Notes: generated from the letters alone by a model not told the origin. Counted from the first letter of the stretch, positions 38,379 to 48,811 are shown. The stretch is DNA of 64,000 bases from Variovorax sp. (GCA_031376455.1 JANMDU010000058.1:45388-109387); one strand, 5' to 3'. Translations and numbers: made by a program.

Positions 38379-39461
38379 TTAAACGGGCAGGGCGAGCAAC
38401 TGCCCAGATTGCACGACCAGCGCGCCATCCAGCGTCACAGTGCAGTGCTTCATCGGTAGATCAAAATGCCCCAACGTGTAGCGCCCAGCGCTCTCGTTTG
38501 CACCGGTGCTGTAGAGAAAACTTCCCGCCGCGCAGCGCAGCTCAGTGCCGTTGAAATCCCGTTTGTCAAACATGGCCATGCTGTCGAACCGCCCAGCTGG
38601 ATTGAGGCCGTAGCCCACATGTGAGACGGCGTAAGCCGCTTTGTGGCCATCGCGCGCCTCCCATGCGGAGAGATATTCGCGCATGAGCTGTGCATCGACG
38701 CCCGAGCCTTCAATCTTTACGATGTGATCGTTTTCAATCGTGAGCGCAATGGGCTGCTCAATGTAGCGTTTGAAGGCCAAATTCACATCGCCCGTACCAA
38801 GCACCAAACGGCCGTTGACACTGCCTGCTTTGGGAAAGGTAAGCACCAGGCCGCCGGGGAAATGCGTCATTGTGCCGGGCTTGCTGGTGCATCCCCAATT
38901 GCCGCCGCTGGGGGCGCCTTCTAAGGCGATGTGCAAATCTGTGCCCGCGCTGCTGCCCACATGCATCGTCCTTGTGCCGCGCAAACGCTTGCTATGCGCT
39001 TTCACGGTATGTTCCAACGCATCGTCAGGTAACAGACGGCAGAGGGCTTCGGGATGCTCGTTGCTGATGTAAATCACACGCGGCTGCGTGCTGCCATTCC
39101 CTTTCAAAATCGCAGGCAGCTCGGGAGCATGCATGAGGCCTTCGACGGTGCAGTCAATCACGAGATGGCAAGCTGCAAGGGCATGGATGACAGGAGCAAT
39201 GCCGCCGATGGCCGTGCTCGCGCCTGTGGAACGAATGATGGGTGACGTAGGCTGAGCAAGAGCAGGTCGCGTCGGCAGCGTCAAAATGAAATGTTGCGCG
39301 CCGATGCGAGCCAGAGCATGGCGCATGGCCTCGATCAAATCTGAACGCGATTGGCTTTCGCACAAAATCGCCGCTGTCTCGTTGTTTTGCAAGGCACAGC
39401 GGCGTAGTAGCAACTCAAAGCAATCGATCCAATGGGGTTCGAGGCGGCTTGGGTTTGTCAT
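38379..39461 (-). CDS. NicX-like / peptidase M29-fold protein
   Basis: SNEHPE, SHVGYGLN, HFDLPM; family assigned from memory. Confidence 0.65.
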   Translation of the reverse strand: MTNPSRLEPHWIDCFELLLRRCALQNNETAAILCESQSRSDLIEAMRHALARIGAQHFILTLPTRPALAQPTSPIIRSTGASTAIGGIAPVIHALAACHLVIDCTVEGLMHAPELPAILKGNGSTQPRVIYISNEHPEALCRLLPDDALEHTVKAHSKRLRGTRTMHVGSSAGTDLHIALEGAPSGGNWGCTSKPGTMTHFPGGLVLTFPKAGSVNGRLVLGTGDVNLAFKRYIEQPIALTIENDHIVKIEGSGVDAQLMREYLSAWEARDGHKAAYAVSHVGYGLNPAGRFDSMAMFDKRDFNGTELRCAAGSFLYSTGANESAGRYTLGHFDLPMKHCTVTLDGALVVQSGQLLALPV

Positions 39462-39514
39462 GGTGCAGCGATGGGCATTGAAGAGAGGGCATACTACATG
39501 AAAACTTTCATCAC

Positions 39515-40021
39515 ATGGCCTCATTCAACTCTCCATCCAACTCTGCGTCGCCACTCGCGCTGCGCTCAGCGCTCGGCTTGTTTGCCACGGGCGTCACCAT
39601 TATTACCACGCGTGCGCTTGACGGCAGCATGATCGGGCTCACGGCCAATTCGTTTAACTCAGTATCGCTCACGCCGCCGCTTGTGCTCTGGAGCATTGGG
39701 CAAAAGGCTGGCTCTCTGCAAGCATTTTTACAGGCCAAGCATTACGCCATCCATGTGCTGGCTGTTGAGCAGCAAGCCTTGGCTGAGCGCTTTGCAGGTA
39801 AAGCCACGGATCGGTTTGCGGGCGTGGTGATGCACGAAGGCAGAGGTGGCATCCCGCTCCTAGAAGGCTGCGCAGCCGTGTTTGAATGCGAAGCGAAGAG
39901 CCAGTATCCTGAAGGCGATCATGTGATTCTTGTCGGCGAAGTATTGGCCTGCCAACATGATGCAAGTCGCGCGCCGCTGCTGTTTCATGGCGGAAAGTTC
40001 TATACCGAGCATCCTTTATGA
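39515..40021 (+). CDS. Flavin reductase family protein
   Basis: FATGVTII, TANSFNSVSLTPPLV, GDH. Confidence 0.92.
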   Translation: MASFNSPSNSASPLALRSALGLFATGVTIITTRALDGSMIGLTANSFNSVSLTPPLVLWSIGQKAGSLQAFLQAKHYAIHVLAVEQQALAERFAGKATDRFAGVVMHEGRGGIPLLEGCAAVFECEAKSQYPEGDHVILVGEVLACQHDASRAPLLFHGGKFYTEHPL

Positions 40022-40944
40022 GCGTGCGTGCTCTGCCTCAGCGCAAAGATCATTTGGATGGGCTAGCGATTGTTTTACTCTTAGCTTGCTGCTTGTTTTG
40101 GGGCTTGCAGCAGGTGCTGGCCAAAGCCACACTCACTGAAGTACCGCCGGTGTTTCAATCGGCTTTCAGAGCGATTGGCGCGACCGTTTTGCTATCCCTG
40201 TGGTGCAAGTTGCGTGGTGTTCCACTTCTGGTGCGCGATGGATCGCTCTGGCTGGGGCTGCTAGCCGGTGCATTTTTTACCTTTGAATTTGCCTGCATTT
40301 ATCTCGCGCTTAGCCATACCGGCGCATCGCGCGTGACGGTATTTCTCTATACCTCGCCTTTTTGGGTGGCTGCGCTGCTGCCGATCTTCGTTAAAGCGGA
40401 GCGCATGAATCGGCTGCAGTGGCTGGGCTTGTCTTGCGCATTCGCGGCTGTGGTGTTCGCGCTTTGGGAGAGCTTGCAGAAAGCAGGCTCTGGGCGTTTA
40501 GGGGATATCTTAGCTTTGCTCGCAGGCGCTTCTTGGGGGCTCACCACGGTGGTGATCCGCGCGACATCGTTGGCAAAAATCAGCGCGGAGCGGTTGCTGT
40601 TTTATCAACTCGCTTGTAGTGCCGTCGTTTTGCCATTGATCTCGTGGGCTATGGACGAGCGCTGGCCATCGCTCGGCGGGCTCAGCAGCTTCGCATGGAT
40701 CTCGCTTTTCTTGCAAACTGCCGTGGGCGCATTCGCAAGCTATTTGCTCTGGATGTGGATGCTCACGCGCTATCCAGCAGGAAAGATGAGCGCTTTCGTT
40801 TTCCTCACGCCTGTATTTGCATTGGTGTTTGCAGCGCTCTGGCTGAGTGAACCAGTAACAGCCAATTTGGTGATCGCGATCGCGTTGGTTTGCCTCGGTA
40901 TCCTGCTGGTCAACAAGCGTTGCTCTGTTTTTAAAGCGCTATAA
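40018..40944 (+). CDS. DMT/EamA family transporter
   Basis: About 10 TM segments in two EamA halves. Confidence 0.9.
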   Translation: MSVRALPQRKDHLDGLAIVLLLACCLFWGLQQVLAKATLTEVPPVFQSAFRAIGATVLLSLWCKLRGVPLLVRDGSLWLGLLAGAFFTFEFACIYLALSHTGASRVTVFLYTSPFWVAALLPIFVKAERMNRLQWLGLSCAFAAVVFALWESLQKAGSGRLGDILALLAGASWGLTTVVIRATSLAKISAERLLFYQLACSAVVLPLISWAMDERWPSLGGLSSFAWISLFLQTAVGAFASYLLWMWMLTRYPAGKMSAFVFLTPVFALVFAALWLSEPVTANLVIAIALVCLGILLVNKRCSVFKAL

Positions 40945-41005
40945 AAAGAGTAGCGCTTTGCGCAGTAAATACGCCGGGTAAGTGCCAAAAAGGCTTAGAA
41001 ATTAC
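40938..41005 (-). repeat. Family-1 element; overlaps the DMT stop
   Basis: gctataaaaagagtagcgctttgcgcagtaaatacgccgggtaagtgccaaaaaggcttagaaat. Confidence 0.88.
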
Positions 41006-41012
41006 TCAAAGA

Positions 41013-42008
41013 TTATGTTTTTGGCAGCAAGCCCAACCGCTCAATCGTCGCGCGCTCTTGCGAGAAGGTGCGCACGGCATAGCGCGAATATTCTGCGCTG
41101 TCCATCCAGATCACGGGCTGGTGAAATTTATCAAATACTTCGAGCACCTTCGGATCTTGGCTGACTTTGAGCAAGGCCGCTTCGAGCACCTTGATCACCG
41201 CTGAATCCATGCCTTTGGGGCCGCCAATGCCAAACGGGGAATCAGAGATCGTGTCCCAGCCGCTTTCGCGCACGGTGGGCACTTCTGGGAAGGCTTTGGT
41301 GCGCTTGCTTCCTAGCGTTGCGAGATAGCGCAGCTTGCCCGATTGCACATGCGGGAAAAATTCAGTGGTGCCGCTCATGACCGGGATTTGGTTGCCCAAA
41401 ATGGCTTGCAAAATCTCGGCTGAGCCTTTGTAGGGAATGGGGTTGGTGGTGAAGCCGGCTTTTGCGGCGAATTCTTCAAAAGCCAAATGCGGCGTGGTGC
41501 CCGTGCCGGTGTGGCCGTAGTCGAGCTTGCCGGGATTAGCTTTGGCCCATGCCACCATCTCTTTGATGGTTTTGAAGGGCGCATCAGCCGTGGCGGCGAT
41601 GCCGAAGGCGTAGCCCGTGACGCAGGCGATATGCGTGAGATCGTTGACCGGATGAAAAGCCATTTTTTGCATATGCGGCAGGCGATACACGCCGAGCGGC
41701 AATTGCGTAAGCGTGTAGCCATCGGGCTTGGCGTTCAGCATCGCATTTGCGCCCAGCGTGCCACCGGCTCCGGGCTTGTTGTCTACTGTGACTGTAGCGC
41801 CGCCGAGTGCTCGCCCCATCGCCTCGCCAATCGCGCGCACCGCAGCGTCAGACGCGCCGCCTGCGGGCCAAGGGCAAATCAGCGAGATCGGGCGAGAGGG
41901 GAATTTATCCTGCGCTTTTGCCCAAGGGCTCACGAGTGCAGGGGCGGCAATCAGGGCGGCGGTTCGAGCGAGAGTTTGGCGGCGAGTGAATTTGGCGTTG
42001 GGGTTCAT
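41013..42008 (-). CDS. Bug/TctC family substrate-binding protein (Tat-like RRxxL leader)
   Basis: FPSRPISLICPWPAGGASD, PYKGSAE. Confidence 0.92.
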   Translation of the reverse strand: MNPNAKFTRRQTLARTAALIAAPALVSPWAKAQDKFPSRPISLICPWPAGGASDAAVRAIGEAMGRALGGATVTVDNKPGAGGTLGANAMLNAKPDGYTLTQLPLGVYRLPHMQKMAFHPVNDLTHIACVTGYAFGIAATADAPFKTIKEMVAWAKANPGKLDYGHTGTGTTPHLAFEEFAAKAGFTTNPIPYKGSAEILQAILGNQIPVMSGTTEFFPHVQSGKLRYLATLGSKRTKAFPEVPTVRESGWDTISDSPFGIGGPKGMDSAVIKVLEAALLKVSQDPKVLEVFDKFHQPVIWMDSAEYSRYAVRTFSQERATIERLGLLPKT

Positions 42009-44149
42009 GAGAGCGTCCTTTTCAGATGATTTTCAGCGTAACGCACATACCAATCCAAGCAATCCGGGTTTGCCATGGCATCTTTGTTCACCACTTTCTC
42101 TAGCGGCTGCCCCAGCATGAGTTTCTTGATCGGTAGCTCTTGCTTTTTACCGCTCAAAGTGCGCGGAATGGCATCAACTTGTAACGTCTCATTGGGTACG
42201 AAGCGCGGCGAGAGTTGTTTGCGGATGGCATCGTGTATTTTTTCTTTCAACGCATCATCCAGCATGAGGCCGGGGCGCAGAGCGACGAACAGTGGCATGA
42301 AGCTCGCCTTGCCCAAGTATTCCAAATCCACCACCAAGGCATCGAGCACTTCAGGTAGCGCTTCTACCGCCGAATAAATCTCACTCGTGCCCATGCGCAA
42401 GCCCGCGCGATTGATCGTCGCGTCACTTCGGCCATAGATAGTGCAGCCGCCATCCGTGCCGATTTTGAGCCAATCGCCGTGTCGCCAGACAAGGCGCTTT
42501 TCTCCTTGCGAATTGATCGTACTGTACATATCGAAATAGCTGGAGAGATAGCGCTCGTTGCCCGCATCGCCCCAAAAATACAGCGGCATGGAAGGAATCG
42601 GCTGTGTACACACCAGCTCGCCCACTTCGCCGATGACCGGTTGGCCATCTTCATTCCAAGCCTCTACCGCGCAACCGAGCAAGCGGCATTGCATTTGGCC
42701 GGGAATTTGCACTAACTCACGATGACCGCCAATGAATGCACCGCAAAAATCTGTGCCACCGGAGATGTTGCACCAGAAGATTTCCCAAGCCCGTTCGCCC
42801 AGAGCTTGACTCGTCCTGAGCTCGTCGAAGGGTCGAAGGGTGTGCTGATGGAGAGCTGCAAATTGCTCCGATCCCCAGCGCTGCACGTCTTCCGCCAACG
42901 GCGAGCCTGTGGAGCCCAGCGCACGCACTTGCCGCAGTTCATGCCCCGCTGTTTGCAATGCACCTGCGCTCACACCCGCCTTCATACAGTTAGCCCAATA
43001 CGCAGCGCCCGCACCAAAAAATGTGCAGCGATGCCGCGCCACAAATCGCCAAAGAATCGTCCAATCCGGCGCATCTTTCGAGCCGGATGGCGAGCCGTCG
43101 TAAATGCAAATCGTCGTGCCAGTAGCCAGCCCTGCCATCTGCGCATTCCACATCACCCAGCCCGTGGAGCTGTACCAGTGGTAGCGCTCGCCCCAGCTGT
43201 TGGCGTGATAACTGCAGCCCACATCATTGCCCAGCGATTTCATCGCGAGCAACGTCAGCACAATACCTCCATGGCCATGCACGATGGGCTTGGGCAAGCC
43301 GGTGGTGCCACTGGAGTAAACAATCCACAGCGGATGATCAAAGGGCAGCATCTCGGGCTTGAAGGTATCAATTTCTAAGCCTTTTCGATGGGTAGCAGGC
43401 ATAAAATCTGCGCACAGTGCTATTGATTTAATAGTATTTGATATTGCCCAAGGCGTGCGGAGCACGAGCAGATGGCTCACGCTCGGCAGCCCTGCGCACA
43501 GCTCCTGTACCACGCCCGAGCGGTCAAGCGCTTTGCCTGCGTAATGCACGCCATCCACAGCAATCAACACCTTTGGCGTGATCTGCTTGAAGCGATCGAG
43601 CACAGCCGGTGTGCCCATATCCGGCGCACACACGCTCCACACTGCGCCGATGCTCATCGTCGCCAAGCAAGCCACAATCGTCTCAGGAATGTTAGGCATA
43701 TACGCTGCCACGCGATCCCCGCGCTGCACGCCCATCTCGCGCAACGTGATCGCTAGCGACGCCACTTGAGATTTCAATTCGGGCCAGCTGAGCTCACGAA
43801 TCTCTCCCAGCTCGTTCTCGCTGACGATGGCCATCATGCCCGCTGCGTGCGAATCTGAAGCATGCCGCAACACCTGCGCCGCATAGTTCACCTGCGCACC
43901 AGGAAACCACTTGGCCTGCGGCATGCGGTCATCGGCCAATGCCGCGCTGTACGGCGTGGGTGACTCAATCTCAAAGTAATCCCAAATCGATTGCCAAAAT
44001 GCATCCAGCTCCGTCACAGACCATTGCCAAAGCGCGTCATAGGTTTCAAAACGCAGGCCGCGCTCGCGAGCAAGCCAGTCTTGATACAGGCGAATTTGCG
44101 CAATATTGGGTGGGCAAGCCAGTGATGAAGGCGTTAAAGTCATGAGCAA
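42005..44149 (-). CDS. Acetoacetate-CoA ligase
   Basis: YDALWQWSV, YSSGTTGLPK, ISGGTD, GRSDATINR.G.R.G. Confidence 0.92.
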   Translation of the reverse strand: MLMTLTPSSLACPPNIAQIRLYQDWLARERGLRFETYDALWQWSVTELDAFWQSIWDYFEIESPTPYSAALADDRMPQAKWFPGAQVNYAAQVLRHASDSHAAGMMAIVSENELGEIRELSWPELKSQVASLAITLREMGVQRGDRVAAYMPNIPETIVACLATMSIGAVWSVCAPDMGTPAVLDRFKQITPKVLIAVDGVHYAGKALDRSGVVQELCAGLPSVSHLLVLRTPWAISNTIKSIALCADFMPATHRKGLEIDTFKPEMLPFDHPLWIVYSSGTTGLPKPIVHGHGGIVLTLLAMKSLGNDVGCSYHANSWGERYHWYSSTGWVMWNAQMAGLATGTTICIYDGSPSGSKDAPDWTILWRFVARHRCTFFGAGAAYWANCMKAGVSAGALQTAGHELRQVRALGSTGSPLAEDVQRWGSEQFAALHQHTLRPFDELRTSQALGERAWEIFWCNISGGTDFCGAFIGGHRELVQIPGQMQCRLLGCAVEAWNEDGQPVIGEVGELVCTQPIPSMPLYFWGDAGNERYLSSYFDMYSTINSQGEKRLVWRHGDWLKIGTDGGCTIYGRSDATINRAGLRMGTSEIYSAVEALPEVLDALVVDLEYLGKASFMPLFVALRPGLMLDDALKEKIHDAIRKQLSPRFVPNETLQVDAIPRTLSGKKQELPIKKLMLGQPLEKVVNKDAMANPDCLDWYVRYAENHLKRTLS
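42791..42840. repeat. REP-like CCGTTCG..GAGCT.GTCGAAGGG fragment, in-frame in acetoacetate-CoA ligase
   Basis: ccgttcgcccagagcttgac-tcgtcctgagctcgtcgaaggg-tcgaaggg; internal direct duplications. Confidence 0.55.
43368..43435 (+). repeat. Family-1 element, in-frame in acetoacetate-CoA ligase
   Basis: aatttctaagccttttcgatgggtagcaggcataaaatctgcgcacagtgctattgatttaatagt. Confidence 0.78.
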
Positions 44150-44193
44150 GATATTAGCCCCTCAACCTCAGAGCGCATGCACGGAGATTCCCG

Positions 44194-44715
44194 ATGAGCC
44201 TACCCACAGATTTCACTTCTTTGCCTGCGCACATGGCCACACCCAAGCTACAAGCCGTCATGCATCTCACCGTGCGAGTGGCTCAACCGATTGAGGCGGG
44301 AGACATCACGCATGCGCTAGGCACAGGCAAACGCCGCATCATTCCGATCATCGGTGGGCAGGTTCAAGGCGCAGCTCGCGGCCATTCGATGCAAGGCGAA
44401 ATACTCGCGGGTGGCGCAGATTTCCAACTCGTCACCAGCGCGTCATCCGCCCAGCTTGATGCGCGCTACCTCATTCGCTTAAATGACGGCAGCCATATTT
44501 ACGTGACCAACAGCGCTGTGCGCACCGGCAGCCAAGAAGACATCGCGGCGCTGGTGCGCGGCGAAGCTGTGCCACCTGAACGCATCTATTTCCGTTGCGC
44601 CCCCCGTTTCGAAGTCGAGCGCGCAGATCTCGCGTGGATGACACAAACGCTTTTCATCGGCACGGGTGCGAGATTTCCAGATCGGGTGGAGATGGTGTTT
44701 TATGAGGTGAAGTGA
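44194..44715 (+). CDS. DUF3237 family protein
   Basis: RRIIPI.GG, GGADFQ, LDARY, YFR..PRFE. Confidence 0.85.
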   Translation: MSLPTDFTSLPAHMATPKLQAVMHLTVRVAQPIEAGDITHALGTGKRRIIPIIGGQVQGAARGHSMQGEILAGGADFQLVTSASSAQLDARYLIRLNDGSHIYVTNSAVRTGSQEDIAALVRGEAVPPERIYFRCAPRFEVERADLAWMTQTLFIGTGARFPDRVEMVFYEVK

Positions 44716-44813
44716 AAAGTATCAACACATTTCAAATGTGTCGATGCTTTTGAAAAAGAATGACAAGACATATGCTATGTGTCGAAATAACTCAATTTTT
44801 TCGACAATAAACG

Positions 44814-47800
44814 CTAGCAGAGCAGCCGCTTCAAATACTTCCCCGTATAACTCGCCTCACTCTGCGCCACCTGTTCCGGCGTGCCAACTGCAACCACTTG
44901 CCCGCCCCCCGAGCCGCCCTCAGGCCCCATGTCGATGAGCCAATCGGCGGTTTTGATCACGTCGAGGTTGTGTTCGATGATGACGATGGTGTTGCCTGCG
45001 TCTCGCAATTGATGGAGCACTTTCAAGAGCAATTCAATGTCTGCAAAGTGCAAGCCGGTGGTGGGTTCGTCCAAGATATAGAGCGTGCGGCCGGTGTCGC
45101 GTTTGCTGAGTTCGAGCGCGAGCTTGACGCGCTGGGCTTCGCCGCCGGAGAGCGTGGTGGCGCTTTGGCCGAGGCGGATGTAGCTCAATCCCACGTCGAG
45201 CAAAGTTTGCAGCTTGCGCGCAATCGTGGGCACCGTTTTAAAGAATTCGAAGGCATCGCCTACGGTGAGGTCAAGCATGGCCGCGATGTTTTTGCCTTTG
45301 TAGAGGACTTCCAAAGTCTCGCGGTTATAGCGCAAGCCTTTGCAGACATCGCAGGGCACATACACATCGGGCAAAAAGTGCATCTCCACTTTCACCACGC
45401 CATCGCCTTGGCAGGCTTCGCAGCGGCCACCGGCCACGTTAAAACTAAAGCGTCCTGCGCCGTAGCCGCGCTCTCGGGCGACGGGCATCTCAGCGAGCAA
45501 TTCTCTGATCGGCGTAAAGAGTCCGGTATACGTTGCTGGGTTGGAGCGCGGCGTGCGGCCAATCGGAGATTGATCGACGTTGATCACTTTGTCGAAATGC
45601 TCCAAGCCTTCCATCTCGGCATAAGGCGTGGGCTCATCGTGGCTGCGATAGAGGCTGCGCGAGACGGCTTTGTGCAGCGTGTCGTTGACCAGCGTCGATT
45701 TGCCTGAGCCAGAGACGCCGGTGACGCAGGTCATGAGGCCAACCGGAAAGTCAACGCTCACGTTTTTCAGATTGTTGCCCGTCGCGCCAATCAATCGGAG
45801 CAGCTGGAATTTCTCGTCTACCTTGATGGTGGGCTCTTTCTTCTTGTAAGTGCGCTCGGGGTAGCGAGATTTCGCAGCGTACACGACAGGCGCTTTGATC
45901 TGAAGCGGCAGCCAAGCGTGGCGTTTGCTTGGCACAGCGATTTGCCGCCGCCCGCTCATGAATTGCCCCGTGAGCGAGTCGGGCGCTTCTTCGATTTGCT
46001 TGGCCGTGCCCTGCGCAATGATGCGCCCGCCATGAATGCCTGCGCCCGGGCCAATGTCCACCACATAATCGGCCGCGCGAATCATGTCTTCATCATGCTC
46101 CACCACGATCACGCTGTTGCCCAAATTGCGCAAATGCTTCAGTGTGCTGATGAGGCGATCATTGTCGCGCTGATGCAAGCCAATGCTCGGCTCATCGAGC
46201 ACATACATCACGCCCGTCAGTCCGCTGCCGATTTGCGAGGCGAGGCGAATGCGCTGCGATTCGCCGCCCGATAAAGTCTCTGCGCTGCGCGAGAGGCTGA
46301 GATAACTCAAGCCCACATCGTTTAAGAATTTCAGTCGCGAAGCAATTTCTTTGATCACCTTGCCAGCGATCTCTGCTTTCGCGCCTGTCATCTTCAAGCT
46401 CTCAAAATAGCGCTGTGCTTCAATCAAAGTTGCGCTACCGATTTGGCTGATAGTCTTTGATTGCGATGCATCCTTTGAGTCAACCAGCCGCACATTGCGC
46501 GCTTCGCGCTTCAAGCGCGTGCCTTCGCAAGCCGTGCAAGGCTGCGTATGCCGATAGCGCGCTAAATCTTCTCGCACAAGGCTCGATTCCGTCTCCCGGT
46601 AGCGCCGCTCCATGTTGTGGATGATGCCCTCAAACGGATGCTTCTTCTTGACTTTTTTGCCCACAGACTCACCGCTTTCCATGGTGTAGTTGAAGGCAAT
46701 ATCTTCTTCGCCGCTGCCCTGCAAAATCACGCTCTGCACGTGCTCTGGCAACTCCTCAAACGCTTTTTCCACATCAAATTTATAGTGCTTCGCCAGCGAT
46801 TCGATTAAGGCAAAGTAATAGCCATTGCGCCGATCCCAGCCTTTGATTGCGCCGCTGGCCAACGACAAAGATGGAAAGGCCACGATGCGAGATGGATCAA
46901 AAAACTCCATCATCCCAATACCGTCACACGTCTCGCAAGCGCCCATGGGCGAGTTAAAAGAAAACAATCTTGGCTCTAGCTCGCCAATGGTGAAGGCGCA
47001 GACCGGGCAAGCAAATTTTGCGTTGAACCAATGCTCACTTGTCTTCTTGCCTACTTTTGTGGCTGATTTTTCAAGTGTTTTAGCCACTTCGCCGGCGTGT
47101 TTATTGCGCAAAACGCTATCATTTTCATCATCCATATTCACGGCAATCGCTCTGCCTTCAGCCAAGCGCAGCGCTGCTTCAAAGCTTTCAGCGAGCCGCT
47201 GTTTCATCTCCGGCTTGACTTTGAGTCGATCAATCACCACATCAATATCGTGCTTCTCGGTTTTCTTCAGCTTAGGCAGTTCATTGAATTCAAACATCTG
47301 CCCGTTGATCCGAAAGCGCACATACCCTCGCGCCTGCATATCCTCAAACACATCTGCGAACTCGCCCTTCTTCTCCCGCGCAATCGGCGCCAGAATCATC
47401 ACCTTTGCATCCTGCGGCCAAGCTAATACTGCATCCACCATTTGCGAAACCGTTTGCGATTGCAGCGGCAGCAAGTGATCCGGGCAATGCGGTGTGCCCG
47501 CGCGAGCAAACAGCAAGCGCAAGTAGTCGTGGATCTCGGTCACGGTGCCCACAGTCGAGCGCGGGTTGTGGCTCGTGGCCTTCTGCTCAATCGAAATCGC
47601 AGGCGACAAGCCTTCAATCACATCCACATCCGGCTTATCCATCAGCTGCAAAAACTGCCGCGCATAGGTCGACAAACTCTCCACATACCGCCGCTGCCCC
47701 TCGGCATACAGCGTGTCAAATGCCAGCGAAGATTTGCCCGAGCCCGACAAGCCCGTGATCACGACAAGTTGATTGCGCGGAATATCCAAATCCACATTTT

Positions 47801-47897
47801 TCAAATTGTGCGTTCGCGCCCCACGAATACTGATGTGGGTGTGCAGGGCTTGGCCGAGGTACGTGCCGTTTTGTGTGCTGTCAGCAGAGGAATTCAC
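44814..47897 (-). CDS. uvrA: Excinuclease ABC subunit A
   Basis: GARTHNLKN, two Walker A motifs ([16 protein letters not shown]), zinc fingers, LSGGEAQR. Confidence 0.98.
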   Translation of the reverse strand: MNSSADSTQNGTYLGQALHTHISIRGARTHNLKNVDLDIPRNQLVVITGLSGSGKSSLAFDTLYAEGQRRYVESLSTYARQFLQLMDKPDVDVIEGLSPAISIEQKATSHNPRSTVGTVTEIHDYLRLLFARAGTPHCPDHLLPLQSQTVSQMVDAVLAWPQDAKVMILAPIAREKKGEFADVFEDMQARGYVRFRINGQMFEFNELPKLKKTEKHDIDVVIDRLKVKPEMKQRLAESFEAALRLAEGRAIAVNMDDENDSVLRNKHAGEVAKTLEKSATKVGKKTSEHWFNAKFACPVCAFTIGELEPRLFSFNSPMGACETCDGIGMMEFFDPSRIVAFPSLSLASGAIKGWDRRNGYYFALIESLAKHYKFDVEKAFEELPEHVQSVILQGSGEEDIAFNYTMESGESVGKKVKKKHPFEGIIHNMERRYRETESSLVREDLARYRHTQPCTACEGTRLKREARNVRLVDSKDASQSKTISQIGSATLIEAQRYFESLKMTGAKAEIAGKVIKEIASRLKFLNDVGLSYLSLSRSAETLSGGESQRIRLASQIGSGLTGVMYVLDEPSIGLHQRDNDRLISTLKHLRNLGNSVIVVEHDEDMIRAADYVVDIGPGAGIHGGRIIAQGTAKQIEEAPDSLTGQFMSGRRQIAVPSKRHAWLPLQIKAPVVYAAKSRYPERTYKKKEPTIKVDEKFQLLRLIGATGNNLKNVSVDFPVGLMTCVTGVSGSGKSTLVNDTLHKAVSRSLYRSHDEPTPYAEMEGLEHFDKVINVDQSPIGRTPRSNPATYTGLFTPIRELLAEMPVARERGYGAGRFSFNVAGGRCEACQGDGVVKVEMHFLPDVYVPCDVCKGLRYNRETLEVLYKGKNIAAMLDLTVGDAFEFFKTVPTIARKLQTLLDVGLSYIRLGQSATTLSGGEAQRVKLALELSKRDTGRTLYILDEPTTGLHFADIELLLKVLHQLRDAGNTIVIIEHNLDVIKTADWLIDMGPEGGSGGGQVVAVGTPEQVAQSEASYTGKYLKRLLC
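47064..47131 (+). repeat. Family-1 element, in-frame in uvrA
   Basis: gatttttcaagtgttttagccacttcgccggcgtgtttattgcgcaaaacgctatcattttcat. Confidence 0.85.
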
Positions 47898-47933
47898 AGT
47901 TTTACGCTTTTCAAAGTCAACCGAACATCATAG

Positions 47934-48065
47934 CGCGGATGGATTTTTTGCATCGCTTGTCTCAGTGCAGCATGTATGGCATTTGTGCCATGCCTGCTCT
48001 CGCCCTTGGCGGTTTGGTTGGTTGCCACTTGGGGCATAAAAACGCCGCCTCGGTCTCGGTCATGA
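47934..48065 (+). pseudogene. Possible relic of the 3' end of a YajR-like MFS gene
   Basis: Hydrophobic open stretch ...LAVWLVATWGIKTPP resembles the last MFS helix; sits at the usual uvrA-MFS-ssb position. Confidence 0.35.
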
Positions 48066-48162
48066 AAGCGCCGCTACGCTCTGCTGCATAATGCTTTTGC
48101 TACTCTTAGAAAGAGCAGCGCACTTCACCCAATTTAAGCACTGAAACATTAGGAACACACAC

Positions 48163-48687
48163 ATGGCCTCCGTCAACAAAGTCATTCTCATGGGCAACTG
48201 CGGGCGCGATCCCGAGATTCGTTATTTGCCCTCTGGCGGCGCGGTGGCCAATATCTCGATTGCCACATCCAGCAAACGCAAAGACAAAACCTCTGGCGAG
48301 ACGATTGAAGATACGCAGTGGCATCGCGTGACGTTCTACGACCGCTTGGCCGAGATCGTGGGCGAGTATGTGAAAAAGGGCAATCCTGTTTATGTCGAAG
48401 GCCGCTTGAAATACGGCAAATACACCGACAAAGACGGCATTGAGCGCAACACGGTAGATGTGGTGGCCACCGAGATGCAATTGCTTGGCGCTCGCCAAGG
48501 CGCGGGCTCGCCGGATGAAGGCGGCGGCGGTGGCGGTGGTGGTTACTCCCGCGCGCCTGCTCCAGCTTCGCGCCCACCCGCAGCCCGCCCAGGTTCTATG
48601 CCTGCCAGCTCTGCGTCTTCCGGTGCAGCGCCCAAAGCCAAGGCAGGCACTGGCTTTGACGACATGGATGACGATATTCCGTTTTGA
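48163..48687 (+). CDS. ssb: Single-stranded DNA-binding protein
   Basis: [11 protein letters not shown]-rich linker, acidic DDDIPF tail. Confidence 0.98.
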   Translation: MASVNKVILMGNCGRDPEIRYLPSGGAVANISIATSSKRKDKTSGETIEDTQWHRVTFYDRLAEIVGEYVKKGNPVYVEGRLKYGKYTDKDGIERNTVDVVATEMQLLGARQGAGSPDEGGGGGGGGYSRAPAPASRPPAARPGSMPASSASSGAAPKAKAGTGFDDMDDDIPF

Positions 48688-48718
48688 TCTTTTGGTTTCA
48701 CTGTTGGTCATATTTTGG

Positions 48719-48811
48719 GAACACGGAGAGCACGGAAGTTGCACGAAAGACACCAAAAAAGAGAGATGCTTTTTCCGTGCTTTTCGTGAAATATTTGTGA
48801 CTTCCGTGTTC
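48719..48811. repeat. Family-2 palindromic element (CACGGAA type)
   Basis: gaacacggagagcacggaagttgcacgaaag...ttccgtgcttttcgtg...cttccgtgttc. Confidence 0.85.

Noticed and set aside
44726-44807. Two small hairpins between convergent DUF3237 and uvrA
   Set aside because: AT-rich stems without clear U-tails; possibly terminators but unsupported.
47898-48162. LexA box in the uvrA/ssb divergent region
   Set aside because: No CTGT-N8-ACAG found by eye.
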